From an uncultured delta proteobacterium (GTDB lineage Bacteria; Myxococcota; Myxococcia; Myxococcales; Myxococcaceae), in assembly GCA_963713045.1 (NCBI GenBank), contig CAVQKE010000003.1, positions 1,152,001-1,216,000 of the forward strand: a stretch of DNA of 64,000 nt, in the 5' to 3' direction. Shown piece by piece: positions 29,755 through 40,067 of this stretch. A program made the translations under genes and the position numbers. The notes under the pieces were generated by a model that worked only from the letters and a program-made list of their open reading frames with translations, was not told where the DNA came from and searched no databases. Numbering within the stretch: position 1 is the first letter of the stretch; each line of letters begins with the position of its first letter.

Positions 29755-31305
29755 TCAGCCCCGAAGCCGCCGCGCCCGCACCAGCGCAGCGAAAGCCAGG
29801 AGCCCAGCCGTCGCCGACAGGAAGCCCGCGCTGGCGGTTGGGCCCGGGGCGAGGAAGTCGAGTGCCGGCAAGGCGTTCAGGGGCCCGAGGTACCACAGCA
29901 GCAAGTAGGTGACTTCAAAAAGACGGGGCCCCCGGCTCACCACCCCCGAGGCCAGCGCCAGCGCCGGGATGAAGAGGCTGGCCACCGCCCAGGCCAGCAG
30001 CTCCGGCCAGGCGCGGAGGACGGCGAAATGCAGCGCTGCGCCCAAGCCCACCAGCGCGGTGAAGAGGGCGCCAGCCGCATACGCCGCCGGCAGCTGTCGA
30101 CGCACCGGATGGGGGCAGACGAAGACAAGCGCCTCCGTCCGGTGGTGCGCCTCCTGGTTTCCCATTCCGGCCCAGGCCGCGAGCGGCCACAGCCAGGTGA
30201 CTGGCAAGAGGAAGCTGCGGACCCACTGGGTCGGGGCCAACAGGCAGCCGACCCAGAGTGCGGCGGCGACCAGGACCCACGGGCGCCGACGCCCGCGCGC
30301 CAACAGGGCAAATTCGGCCCACAGAAGGGTGAGGCCAGCGGAGCGTCCGACGAGGCCTTCCAGCAGGCGCCCCGAGCGCCACTGCGGCCGGCGGCCACGG
30401 GCCTTCGCGGCGGGCGTTTCAGCGGAAGGACGTAGGAGCCGCTCCGGGTCGAAGCGGTCAAAGGGCCACGCCGACAGCGCAGCCAAGGCCACAGCCACCA
30501 GCGCCCAGAAGGCGCGGGCCGGTGCCACCGCGCGCCAGTCCATCCCCTTCCAGAGGAAGGTCCGCACCGGGGTGTGCGAAGGGGTGATGCCGACGTTGAC
30601 GGCGCCCGCATAGTCGGAAAACTGCGAGGCCACCGACGCCTTCATGTCCAGCAGCGGCGCTGACCAGCCGAGGGGGTCGAGCCAGGGCTGCGGGCGGCTG
30701 GCGCCGGCAACTTGTGCCGTTGAAAGCATCAGCGCCCCAATCCACACGAAGAAGTAGAGGACGCCTCCGCGGACCCCGCGCAGCGGGCGAATTGTTTCGA
30801 AGAGGAGGGCCACCGCCGCCACCAGCGCCAAGCCCGGCAGCACCAACAGGAGAAAGGGCAACACCAGCTGCCACGGCTGGACGGGCCGCACCTCCCCGCG
30901 GAGCTGCTGCATCACCGCCGCCATCAGCAGCGTCACGCCGCCGGCGCACCACAGCACCAGGGTGTGGCTACCAAACTTGCCAAGGGTGTACTGCACCCGC
31001 GTCATCGGCGTGGTGGCGAGAATTTGCCCGACACCGGTCCGCTCGTCGCGTTCCACCGCGTCCCGGACGAGGTAGAAGCCGAAGAGCGACAGCACCACCA
31101 TCTCCAGCACCGCCACCAACGTTCCAATCCACGCCGAGTTGTAAAGGCCTCTGGTGTGGCCGAACGTCATGGTGGCGTAGCCGGCCGAGCGCGCCGGGAC
31201 GTAGCCGTAAGCCGCAGCCACCGCCGCCAGGAGGAGTGCGAGGAAGCTGGGGCGGCGCATCCGTTCGAGGAAGTCCGCCCGGGCGATGGCGAGGAGGGCG
31301 CGCAC
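29755..31305 (-). CDS. ABC-2-type exporter permease
   Basis: ARADFLERMRR, multiple TM helices, ERDERTGVGQILATTPMTRVQYTLGK; follows an ABC ATPase. Confidence 0.8.
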   Translation of the reverse strand: MRALLAIARADFLERMRRPSFLALLLAAVAAAYGYVPARSAGYATMTFGHTRGLYNSAWIGTLVAVLEMVVLSLFGFYLVRDAVERDERTGVGQILATTPMTRVQYTLGKFGSHTLVLWCAGGVTLLMAAVMQQLRGEVRPVQPWQLVLPFLLLVLPGLALVAAVALLFETIRPLRGVRGGVLYFFVWIGALMLSTAQVAGASRPQPWLDPLGWSAPLLDMKASVASQFSDYAGAVNVGITPSHTPVRTFLWKGMDWRAVAPARAFWALVAVALAALSAWPFDRFDPERLLRPSAETPAAKARGRRPQWRSGRLLEGLVGRSAGLTLLWAEFALLARGRRRPWVLVAAALWVGCLLAPTQWVRSFLLPVTWLWPLAAWAGMGNQEAHHRTEALVFVCPHPVRRQLPAAYAAGALFTALVGLGAALHFAVLRAWPELLAWAVASLFIPALALASGVVSRGPRLFEVTYLLLWYLGPLNALPALDFLAPGPTASAGFLSATAGLLAFAALVRARRLRG

Positions 31306-31318
31306 CTGGCTGGGGACC

Positions 31319-32203
31319 TCAGGCGGCCTTGGCCGACGGCCGAGGCGCCACCAACTCCAAATAGGCGTCCTCCAGCGCTGGTGGCACGTTGCGCGCGTCC
31401 GCGGCGGGCGGTCCGCTGTGGACTGCCCGGAGCTGGACGGCGCCGGCACGGCGCAGGGTGCTGGTCACCAGGAAGCGGCGTCGCAGGCTGGCCACTTCAG
31501 CCTCGGGCACCACCCACTCCCAAACGCGGCCCTCCACCGTCTTGAGCAGCGCCTCCGGCGCCGCAGAGGCCAGAAGCTTGCCCTGATGCAGAACGGCGAT
31601 GCGTTCGGCGGTGGCCTCGACGTCGGAGACAATGTGCGTGGACAGAAGGACGACGCGCTGGCCCGCGAGCTCGGCCACCAGGTTGCGGAAGCGCACCCGC
31701 TCCTCCGGGTCCAGGCCCACCGTGGGCTCGTCAATGACCAGCAGCCGCGGGTCATTGAGGAGCGCCTGCGCGATGCCCACCCGCTGGCGCATGCCTCCGG
31801 AAAACTCGCCCAACGGCACGCCGCGCGCGTCCCACAGGTTGAGAGCGTTCAGCAATTCGTCAATGCGCTGCCGCGCCGTGGCCGGCGGAAGTCCTTTGAG
31901 GGCCGCCAGGTACCCGAGGAATTCCACGGCCGACAGGTGCGGGTACACGCCGAAGTCCTGAGGCAGGTAGCCGAGGACGGCGCGCAGCCGGTCCGGGCCG
32001 CGGGCCACGTCCTCGCCGTCCCACAGCAGCCGTCCGGAGGTGGGACGGGTCAGTGTCGCCACAATCCGCATCAGCGTGGACTTGCCGGCCCCATTCGGCC
32101 CCAACAGCCCGAGGACGCCTGGCGTCAGCGTCAGGCTGAAGCTGTCGAGCGCCAGGCCGCGGCCCGGGTAGGACTTGGAGACCGCCTCCATGCAGAGTTC
32201 CAC
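31319..32203 (-). CDS. ABC transporter ATP-binding protein
   Basis: GPNGAGKST, FSGGMRQR, VIDEPTVGLDP, LSTH. Confidence 0.95.
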   Translation of the reverse strand: MELCMEAVSKSYPGRGLALDSFSLTLTPGVLGLLGPNGAGKSTLMRIVATLTRPTSGRLLWDGEDVARGPDRLRAVLGYLPQDFGVYPHLSAVEFLGYLAALKGLPPATARQRIDELLNALNLWDARGVPLGEFSGGMRQRVGIAQALLNDPRLLVIDEPTVGLDPEERVRFRNLVAELAGQRVVLLSTHIVSDVEATAERIAVLHQGKLLASAAPEALLKTVEGRVWEWVVPEAEVASLRRRFLVTSTLRRAGAVQLRAVHSGPPAADARNVPPALEDAYLELVAPRPSAKAA

Positions 32204-32323
32204 CTGGGTCAGCCTCTCCGCCCTGGGGGCGCCCCGCCCACGCCCAAGGCCCCGTCCGTCCGGGGCCCCACCCTAGCGGAAGCCACGCTGCTGCTGCAGA
32301 GCGCCCCGGCAGACGGTGGCCGT

Positions 32324-32965
32324 TTAGGCCACCGACGCCGCCGCCGCTCGGCGCGCCTTGGCCCGCCGGGTGCGCACCGCGTCCACCAAGCGCACCAGAA
32401 AAAGGGCGCCCAGCACCAGCGCGTAGAGAAGGGGCTCGCGGATGTCCAGCTTCACCCGCCACAGGAAATGCACCACCGCCAGCACACCCGCCAGGTACGC
32501 CAGCCGGTGAAGCGCCTTCCAGCGCCGGAAGCCGAGCCGCCGCACCGAAGCGTCGGTGGAGGTGAGGGCCAAAGGAAGCAGCGCCAGGTAGGCACCGAAA
32601 CCGACCACCATGAATTTGCGCTTGGTGACGTCCGCCCACAGCACCGCCCAGTCGAAGCGTTGGTCGATGATGACGTACGTCGCCAGGTGCACCGTCGCGT
32701 AGAAAAACGCGAAGAGGCCCAGCATCCGGCGCAGGCGCACCGGCCACGTCCAGCCGAACACCAACTTGGCCGGCGTGGCAGCCAACGAGGCGATGAGGAA
32801 AATCAGGGCCAAAAGCCCGAAGCGGTTGAGGGAAATGGCCACCGGGTCCGCGCCCACGTCCCCTCGCACCAACTGCACCGCGAGGCCGACGAGGGGCACC
32901 AGCGCTCCCAGGAAGACGCCGGGCTTCAACCAGGGATAGGGGACGCGGCGCGGCGGCGAGGCCAT
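32324..32965 (-). CDS. msrQ: Methionine-sulfoxide reductase heme-binding membrane subunit MsrQ
   Basis: RRMLGLFAFFYATVH, PLALTS, WKALHRLAY, VVHFLW; follows msrP. Confidence 0.93.
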   Translation of the reverse strand: MASPPRRVPYPWLKPGVFLGALVPLVGLAVQLVRGDVGADPVAISLNRFGLLALIFLIASLAATPAKLVFGWTWPVRLRRMLGLFAFFYATVHLATYVIIDQRFDWAVLWADVTKRKFMVVGFGAYLALLPLALTSTDASVRRLGFRRWKALHRLAYLAGVLAVVHFLWRVKLDIREPLLYALVLGALFLVRLVDAVRTRRAKARRAAAASVA

Positions 32966-32980
32966 GCTGCCTGTGGGAGG

Positions 32981-33952
32981 CTAGTACAGTTTCTTCGGGT
33001 CCATGCCGGCGTACAGCGAAGCGACGTACTCGCCATAGCCGTTGAAGGGCAGCGTCTTCCTCCGGCTAAATTCACCGATGCGCCGCTCTGTGGCCTGGCT
33101 CCACCGCGGGTGGTCCACCGCCGGGTTGACGTTGGCGTAGAAGCCGTACTCGCTCGGCGCGGACAAGGCCCAGGTGGTTCGCGGCTGCTCCTCGGCGAAG
33201 CTGATTTTGACGATGCACTTGATGCCCTTGAAGCCGTACTTCCAAGGCGTCACCAGCCGCAGCGGTGCGCCATTTTGGCTGGGCAGTGTCTTGCCGTAGA
33301 GGCCGATCGCGATCAGGGCCAGCGGGTTCAGTGCCTCATCCATGCGCAGGCCCTCGACGTAGGGCCAGTCGAGCAGGTGGCTGCGCTCCTCGGGCATCTG
33401 CGTCGGGTCCATCAACGTCTGGAAGGCGACGTACTTCGCGCTGCCCAGCGGCTCGCAACGCTTCACCAACTCGGCCAGCGGAAAGCCGATCCAGGGGATG
33501 ACCATCGACCAGGCCTCGACGCAGCGCATGCGGTAGACGCGCTCCTCAAGGGTGAACCATTTGAAGAGGGTGTCCACGTCGACGGTGAACGGCTTCTTGA
33601 CCAGGCCCTCCACCGCCACCGACCACGGCCGCGTCTTCAGGGTGCCAGCGTTGCGCGCCGGGTCCCCCTTGTCCGTCCCGAATTCGTAAAAGTTGTTGTA
33701 GTGCGTGACGTCCACGTACTTGGTGGGCGTTTCGTCGGTGTCGTACTTGCCGAGGATTTTGAGCGGCGCAGGCTCCGGGGCGGGAGAGGCGTCGGGCTCC
33801 GGCGCTGCGCCGGTCAGGGCGAGAAGCGCCCCGCCGCTTCCGGCGGCGGTGAGAGTCATCAGGACGGAATTCTTGAGAAATTCCCGCCGGCGCCGAAACA
33901 GGGGCTCCGGCGTCATCTCGGAACTGGGCGGGGGTGTCGGTATCCTAGGCAT
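32981..33952 (-). CDS. msrP: Methionine-sulfoxide reductase catalytic subunit MsrP
   Basis: Tat [53 protein letters not shown]. Confidence 0.96.
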   Translation of the reverse strand: MPRIPTPPPSSEMTPEPLFRRRREFLKNSVLMTLTAAGSGGALLALTGAAPEPDASPAPEPAPLKILGKYDTDETPTKYVDVTHYNNFYEFGTDKGDPARNAGTLKTRPWSVAVEGLVKKPFTVDVDTLFKWFTLEERVYRMRCVEAWSMVIPWIGFPLAELVKRCEPLGSAKYVAFQTLMDPTQMPEERSHLLDWPYVEGLRMDEALNPLALIAIGLYGKTLPSQNGAPLRLVTPWKYGFKGIKCIVKISFAEEQPRTTWALSAPSEYGFYANVNPAVDHPRWSQATERRIGEFSRRKTLPFNGYGEYVASLYAGMDPKKLY

Positions 33953-34119
33953 GGTCAGTCGCCTTCAGAGAGAAGACGCTCCGGGAGGGTCTCTCGTTAC
34001 TCCGGCGCGGGTGCATCCGCCACCCCACAACCGCCGACAGGGCCCCTTGTTCTTCGAGCGGCCAAGTGCCGGGACGTCTTGACGCCCGGCCAGGACTTCG
34101 GGCGTGGTGGGGCCGCCCC

Positions 34120-36021
34120 GTGCCACTTCCCACCTTGCTGTCGAGCCCTCTCCTCAGGCGCACCACCACGTTGCCCTTGCTGCTGGGGGCGCTGGGTTGC
34201 CCTTCCACGCCTGGTCCGGCGCCCGTCGACGCAGGGCCGATTCTCATCGTCAACGCTCCCATTCCCGGCGCCGGCACCACCAACGCCGACTGCAGCTGGA
34301 CCCAGCTGGGACAGAATGCGGCGCACACCGGCACGGCGTGCACGCCTGCCGGCGGCTTGACGTCCGTTCTGGCCACCCTCACCTTCGACCCTTTCGTCAC
34401 CCAGGAACTCATCGATGCAAAAGCACAGAGCGGGGAGGCGGCGCTCTTCGTCCACTACCAGGCGCCCTTGGTGACGGGCGATGACGTGTATGTGGAGACG
34501 AAGGGCGGCACGTACACCGCCTGCACCATCATTATTAATAATCCAGGCGGTCTGGTGACAGCGACGTCGGCCGACGGAGGTCCCTGCGGTTACCTGGCTT
34601 GGGACAGCCAGGTGTGGGGCGAGACGTACTACCAGTGGCAGTCCGGCGTGCTGGTACCGGTGGCCAGCTTCGAAAGTGACTGGAAGCCGGAGCCAGGCGC
34701 GATGGCCGGCTGGGAGCCGCTATTCCACGCCGCGCTGAATGGGGACGTGCTGTGGGTGCCCGGGGCCGGGGGCACGGCCTACCAGGTGGACCGACACACC
34801 ATGACGTCGCTCGGGCAGGTCAATCCCTTCGGGACCACCATCGACCCGAACAACTTCGTCGCTGGCCCCATCACCGTCGCTCCAGATGGCACCGTGCTTT
34901 ACAACGCCGTCCACATCGTCTCGGACCCCTCCGGTGTCAGCGGCCTGGACGTGAGCGGCTTTTTGGTGCGCATTCCAAGCGACGGCGGCGCGGCGCAGGC
35001 GGTGGGCTACCCGGCGCTGATGGTGAATCCGCCCGCGGCGGACGGCGGCTGCCTTGGTGGCTACTTCGACGAAAGCGACGCGGACGGGGGGGACAACTTC
35101 CCGTGGCCGCCCGCCAACAACCACCGCGTCACCGTCACCTGCGGCTCGCTTCGGCCGGGCCTCAACATTGCTCCGGCGGTCGGTGCGGATGGAACCATCT
35201 TCACCATCGCCTTTCCCCACAACGCGGCCAACGCCGGTGCGCTGCTGGCGCTGCACCCGGACCTCACCCCCAAGTGGACGGCCTCCCTCCAGGAGATTCT
35301 GGACGACGGCTGCGGCGTCCTCATCCCGGCGGATGCACAGCCCAACGGCGCACTGCCGGACGGCGGCACCGACTACAACCACTGTCGGGTCGGCGCACCC
35401 AGGGGCGTCGACCCGTACACCGGGCAGAGGCCCTCGGTGGAAGTCAGCGACCAGTCCAGCTCCTCTCCCGTGGTGCTGCCGGACGGGGCGGTCCTCTACG
35501 GCGGCTTCAACTTCTACAACAACTACCGCGGCCACCTGGTGAAGTTCGACGCCGCCGGCACGCTGGAAGCCTCCTACGACGACGGCTGGGACCAGACCCC
35601 TGCGGTGTGGGCGGACGGGGGCAGCTACAGCATTCTCATCAAGGACAACCACTACGGCAGCTGGTACAGCAACGCCGTTGGCCCCTACTTCATCACTCAG
35701 CTGGACGCCAACCTCCTCCAGCAGTGGAGTTACGCCTCCACCAACACCGACTCTTGCGTCACCGACGGCGGCTACCGCTGCGTCTCGGACCACCCCACCG
35801 GCTTCGAGTGGTGTGTCAACGCCCCGGCGGTGGACGTCTACGGCACGGTGTACGTCAACAGCGAGGACGGCCGCGTCTACGCCATTCTTCAGGGCGGCAC
35901 ACTGGCCCAGAGCCGCTTCCTCATCGAGTCCTTGGGGGCCGCCTACACCCCCGTCACCGTGGACGGGCAGGGCCGCACCTACACCATGAATGGCGGGGTG
36001 CTGACGGTGGTTGGGAAGTAG
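34120..36021 (+). CDS. Secreted or lipoprotein beta-propeller-like protein
   Basis: Lipobox-like ALGC; PQQ-like blades (APAVGADGTIF, SSPVVLPDGAVLY, APAVDVYGTVYVNSEDGRVYAI, TPVTVDGQGRTY). Start codon uncertain. Confidence 0.75.
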   Translation: MPLPTLLSSPLLRRTTTLPLLLGALGCPSTPGPAPVDAGPILIVNAPIPGAGTTNADCSWTQLGQNAAHTGTACTPAGGLTSVLATLTFDPFVTQELIDAKAQSGEAALFVHYQAPLVTGDDVYVETKGGTYTACTIIINNPGGLVTATSADGGPCGYLAWDSQVWGETYYQWQSGVLVPVASFESDWKPEPGAMAGWEPLFHAALNGDVLWVPGAGGTAYQVDRHTMTSLGQVNPFGTTIDPNNFVAGPITVAPDGTVLYNAVHIVSDPSGVSGLDVSGFLVRIPSDGGAAQAVGYPALMVNPPAADGGCLGGYFDESDADGGDNFPWPPANNHRVTVTCGSLRPGLNIAPAVGADGTIFTIAFPHNAANAGALLALHPDLTPKWTASLQEILDDGCGVLIPADAQPNGALPDGGTDYNHCRVGAPRGVDPYTGQRPSVEVSDQSSSSPVVLPDGAVLYGGFNFYNNYRGHLVKFDAAGTLEASYDDGWDQTPAVWADGGSYSILIKDNHYGSWYSNAVGPYFITQLDANLLQQWSYASTNTDSCVTDGGYRCVSDHPTGFEWCVNAPAVDVYGTVYVNSEDGRVYAILQGGTLAQSRFLIESLGAAYTPVTVDGQGRTYTMNGGVLTVVGK

Positions 36022-36047
36022 CCCAGCGCTCAGCTGGGGGTAGCATT

Positions 36048-37019
36048 TTGCGCCACGTGCGCCGGTGCACCCCACAGCTGCGTGCAGTCGGTGCCGCGTG
36101 TGCGGTCGCAGGACTGCTGGTGGTTGCCGGCTGCAAGCCCAAACCCGCACCCTCGGCGGAGGAGCGCGACCTCGGGCCCTACCTGCAGTGGTGCCAGGCA
36201 CAGGGCGCCGCGCGCAACAGCTGCTTGGTTTCCGCGGCCTCCGTCTCTCGGGACGCGGCGGCGTGCGCCAGCCTGAAAGGGGCTGGCACCGAACGCGCCG
36301 CCTGCCTTTTGGCAGCCGCCACCGCCTCCGGCCAGACGGCGCCCTGCCGGGCACTGGCCGACCACGAGTTGGTGCAATGCGCGCTGGCCGTGGCGGCGGA
36401 GACGGGACAACTCTCGGCCTGCGAGGCGCTGCAAAGCGTCCACTGGCGCGGTGGAGCCACCCAGGGCCTGTGCGCGGCGGTGGCCCGCGGCGAGCCCGCG
36501 GCCTGCCCCCGGCTGGACGGCGGCGAACTGGGCGCTTGGTGCCTGCACTACGTCGCACTCCGCCGGCGTGACGCCACGCTGTGTGCGCAATTCGGCAAAG
36601 ACGGCCCGGAGGCCCAGGACTGCGCGGCGGCCGTCGCGGTGGCCCGCCACGCCCCGCAGCTGTGCGCTGCCATTTATGCCTCGGCGCCGGACGGCCCAGC
36701 GGAGCGCCGGTGCCAGGTGGCGGCCGCAGTGGCCGCCGGCCAGTTTCCACCGTGCTTCGGCGACCGCGCGCTGTGCGAGCGCTACCTCTGGGTGCCGCGG
36801 CCGTGCGAGGGCGTCCCGGCCAGCTGGGCAGACACCTGCCTCATGCACCAAGCCGTCTTCAGCACCGGCCCCTTCGGCTGCGGTGCGGTGGTGGACAAGC
36901 AGCGCCGGGCGCTGTGCGCCCAGCTGCGGGACGCCCAGGAGGGCTACCTGAAGCGCGCCAAAGGCAGCGATGGCGGGGTGGCACCGCCCGGGCGCCCACT
37001 GAAGGGACAGCTTCCCTAG
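36048..37019 (+). CDS. Cysteine-repeat lipoprotein
   Basis: 3' part of ORF 34752..37019; lipobox VAGC; 20 further Cys including seven C-x13-C units. Start is TTG 36048 or GTG 36057. Confidence 0.75.
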   Translation: MRHVRRCTPQLRAVGAACAVAGLLVVAGCKPKPAPSAEERDLGPYLQWCQAQGAARNSCLVSAASVSRDAAACASLKGAGTERAACLLAAATASGQTAPCRALADHELVQCALAVAAETGQLSACEALQSVHWRGGATQGLCAAVARGEPAACPRLDGGELGAWCLHYVALRRRDATLCAQFGKDGPEAQDCAAAVAVARHAPQLCAAIYASAPDGPAERRCQVAAAVAAGQFPPCFGDRALCERYLWVPRPCEGVPASWADTCLMHQAVFSTGPFGCGAVVDKQRRALCAQLRDAQEGYLKRAKGSDGGVAPPGRPLKGQLP

Positions 37020-37654
37020 GGGCGACCGCGCGTGCTGGGGGCCCCCTGCAACGCCTTGTCCAACTTTAGCCGGGCTGCCCGGCTAACCAGCACCACCACC
37101 GCGGCGGTCGCCACCAGGCCGGCGGCGAAAAGCAGCTTTGCTGCCCAGCCGGACATCGGCCTGCCGGCAAGCACCTCCGCGGCGCTGCCGAGGAGAGTGC
37201 CCACGTAGACGTACCACACCGCGCCTGGCAGCACGCCCAGCGCTGTCCCGAGGAGGTAAGTGCCCACCGGGACGCGCGTCACGCCGAGGGCATAGTTGAG
37301 AAGGTTGAAGGGGAAGGCCGGAGACAGCCGCAGCAGAAGCACCACCCGGAAGCCTTCGTCGGCAACCGCCTGGTCCACCGCCTTGAAACGGGGGTGCCTC
37401 TCCAAGAGGCGCACCACGGGCGCCCGCAGCACGGTGCGGCCCAGCCCAAAGGCCATCAGCGCGCCCGCCACGCTGCTGGGCACCACCACCGCCAGGCCAC
37501 CCGCCAGCCCGTAGAGGAAGCCAGCCCCCAGCGTCAGCAGAGAACCTGGAAAAAATGCGAGGGTGCCTGCGACGTAGCCAAGCCCATACAGGACTGCGCC
37601 GGCCGGCCCGGCCCCGCGCACCCACTCCACCCAGGACAGAAACAGCTGCCCCAT
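37016..37654 (-). CDS. TVP38/TMEM64 (DedA-like) membrane protein
   Basis: PGSLLTLGAGFLYG and LLRLSPAFPFNLLNYALGVT. Confidence 0.9.
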   Translation of the reverse strand: MGQLFLSWVEWVRGAGPAGAVLYGLGYVAGTLAFFPGSLLTLGAGFLYGLAGGLAVVVPSSVAGALMAFGLGRTVLRAPVVRLLERHPRFKAVDQAVADEGFRVVLLLRLSPAFPFNLLNYALGVTRVPVGTYLLGTALGVLPGAVWYVYVGTLLGSAAEVLAGRPMSGWAAKLLFAAGLVATAAVVVLVSRAARLKLDKALQGAPSTRGRP

Positions 37655-37941
37655 GCCCTGCCCTTCGGCGGACAGCGCCGCCCCCGCCTGCCAGTGTTGC
37701 TGCGCGGCTGGCAGGCTTCCGCCGCCCCTCGCGCCAACACCCCTGTGGGTGTATCCCCTTGCCCAGGCCACACATTCAAGCACAAGCAAAAATAGCGACG
37801 GGGCTGCACGCCACTCCAGCAGCTGACGTAGGCAGGACTGGTTGGGCGCCCGGCCCCGCTCCTCTGTGGGGATGGTTTGCCCAAGAATGGGGGTTCGCGT
37901 TCCTACGTCTGGACCCCCGCCGCCCTCAGGAGCTTCCCCGG

Positions 37942-40056
37942 ATGCGACCCCTTTCCCAAACACCTCCCCTGCTGCTCCTGGCCGCGTGCGCCACCCTGGC
38001 GGCCTGCTCGAGCAGCACCAGCAACAACCTGACCCACCCGCCGCCCATTGCCAGCAGTGTCACGCTGACCAACTTCACCGACTGCAGCTCGCTTCAGCAG
38101 GCCATCGTCAACACCGAAGTGCTGCAGATGCAGAGCCAGCTGCAAATGGTGGAGCAGGGCTACTTCTACCCGGGCGGCATCTCCAATGGAGGCCCGGCGG
38201 TCCCAGCCACGGCCAGCAACGCGGCCGGCCCCTCTGCCTACACCACCACCACCGCCCAGGTGGCGGGGGTGGATGAGGCGGACTTCGTCCAGAATGACGG
38301 GACGCGGATTTTCGTGCTGTCCGGCACCTCGCTCTACGCCTCCACCAGCTGGCCGCCGGCGTCGCTCGCGCTGCAGTCGCACCTCACCATCGAGGGCTGG
38401 CCGCAAGAGATGTTCCTGTCCGGAAACCAGGTGGTGGTCTTCTCCGCCGTCTACTCGCCGCGCCCCATCGACGCGCCGGCTGCAGGCGTTGCCACCCCGG
38501 CCATTTGCGTCGACTCCGCATGGGACTGTGGCTACAACTTCGACAACGTCACCAAAGTCACCACCATCGACGTCTCCACCCTCAGCAGTCCGAAAGTCAT
38601 CGGCGAGTTGTACCTGCCGGGCAGCTACCTCACCTCGCGCCTCATCGGCACCGAAATCCGTCTGGTGCTGAACGACTCGCTCGCCTTCCCACAGGGCGTC
38701 AGCTTCTGGCCCTCGGACTTGCCGCCCAACGCCACCGCCAGCCAACGCAATCAAGCGTTTGCGCAGCTCGAGTCGGCCAATGAATCGCTCATCCGCAGCT
38801 TCTCGCTGGACGACTGGTTGCGCCGGCCCTCCTATGTCGAAGCGGACGGCGGGACGGTTCCGCTCGGCTACAGCTGCACCGACTTTGCCCGCAGCAACGG
38901 CTCCACCCGGATGGGAATCGTCACCATCGCCACCATCAACCTCGACGGCCAGGGGCTGACGTCGCGGACCTCGGTGCTGGAACAAGCGGACCTGGTCTAC
39001 GCCTCCACCAGCACCCTCTACATCGCCGCCCAACACTGGTGGTGGTGGCCGTCCCCTGGACAAACCGACGCCACCTACATCCATGCCTTTGACATTTCCC
39101 AGCCCAACTCGGCCGTGTACCTCGGCTCGGGCGTCGTCGCCGGCAACCCCCAAAACCAATACAGCTTCGATGAATGGAACGGGAACCTGCGGGTGGCCTC
39201 GCAGTTGGCGACGCGGGTGGCGGACCCGAACAGCGGGCCCTTTGGCAACATCCAAAACGCAAGCCAAGTCAGTGTCCTCACCCTGGACGGCGGGACCCTC
39301 GTCACCACTGGCACCACGCCGCCGCTCGCGGTGGGGGACACCCTCACCGCCTCGCGCTTTCTCGGCTCGCGCGGCTTCCTCGTCGCCAGCCGGCAGGTGG
39401 ACCCCCTGTTGACGTTCGACCTCTCGGACCCGTCGCACCCCAGCGAGGTGGCCGAACTGCAAGTCAGCGGCTTCAACGCCTTCCTCTACCCCATCGACAA
39501 CACCCACCTGTTGGCCCTGGGGGAGCAGCTGGCGACGGACGCGTCGAGCGAGGAGCTGCAGCTCACCCTCTTCGACGTCACGGACTTGAGCGCACCCAAG
39601 GTGACGTCCCAGGTGGTGGTGGGCACCGGTTACTCCTCGTCGCAAGCGCTGTGGGACCCCAAGGCCATTACCTGGTTCGGCAGCGCCAAGACGCTGGCCA
39701 TTCCCTTCGTCGACTGGCAGCCGTCCGCCACCTGGGACGGCTTCATCTCCGACTTGAGACTCTTCACCGTGGACACCTCGACCGGTATTTCCCCCCTGGG
39801 GAGCCTGTCGATGTCGGACTGCTATGAGGCCACCGGAGACCAGAATTGGGCGTACTACTGGTCGCCTTCGGTGATGCGCAGCATCCTCGCCACCGACCCG
39901 GTGTCCGGCATGTCCGCGGTGTATGCCATTTCCGACGCCGGCATCCGCTCGGCCTGGGTGGCCAGCCTGCCGGCTTGGCTGGCCACGGTGCACTTCATCC
40001 CCCTGTTGCCGCCCACTCCGGTTGGGCCCGTGCCCCCGCCAGGCGGCACCCCCTGA
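37942..40056 (+). CDS. Beta-propeller-domain lipoprotein
   Basis: RBS AGGAG, lipobox LAAC, QVAGVDEADFVQNDG, NQYSFDEWNGNLRVA, RQVDPLLTFDLSDP, LFDVTD. Confidence 0.85.
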   Translation: MRPLSQTPPLLLLAACATLAACSSSTSNNLTHPPPIASSVTLTNFTDCSSLQQAIVNTEVLQMQSQLQMVEQGYFYPGGISNGGPAVPATASNAAGPSAYTTTTAQVAGVDEADFVQNDGTRIFVLSGTSLYASTSWPPASLALQSHLTIEGWPQEMFLSGNQVVVFSAVYSPRPIDAPAAGVATPAICVDSAWDCGYNFDNVTKVTTIDVSTLSSPKVIGELYLPGSYLTSRLIGTEIRLVLNDSLAFPQGVSFWPSDLPPNATASQRNQAFAQLESANESLIRSFSLDDWLRRPSYVEADGGTVPLGYSCTDFARSNGSTRMGIVTIATINLDGQGLTSRTSVLEQADLVYASTSTLYIAAQHWWWWPSPGQTDATYIHAFDISQPNSAVYLGSGVVAGNPQNQYSFDEWNGNLRVASQLATRVADPNSGPFGNIQNASQVSVLTLDGGTLVTTGTTPPLAVGDTLTASRFLGSRGFLVASRQVDPLLTFDLSDPSHPSEVAELQVSGFNAFLYPIDNTHLLALGEQLATDASSEELQLTLFDVTDLSAPKVTSQVVVGTGYSSSQALWDPKAITWFGSAKTLAIPFVDWQPSATWDGFISDLRLFTVDTSTGISPLGSLSMSDCYEATGDQNWAYYWSPSVMRSILATDPVSGMSAVYAISDAGIRSAWVASLPAWLATVHFIPLLPPTPVGPVPPPGGTP

Positions 40057-40067
40057 GCAACCAACGG

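Noticed and set aside
31286..34360. 1024-aa plus-strand ORF
   Set aside because: Antisense shadow of the ABC ATPase, msrQ and msrP genes; long shadow ORFs are expected at this GC content.
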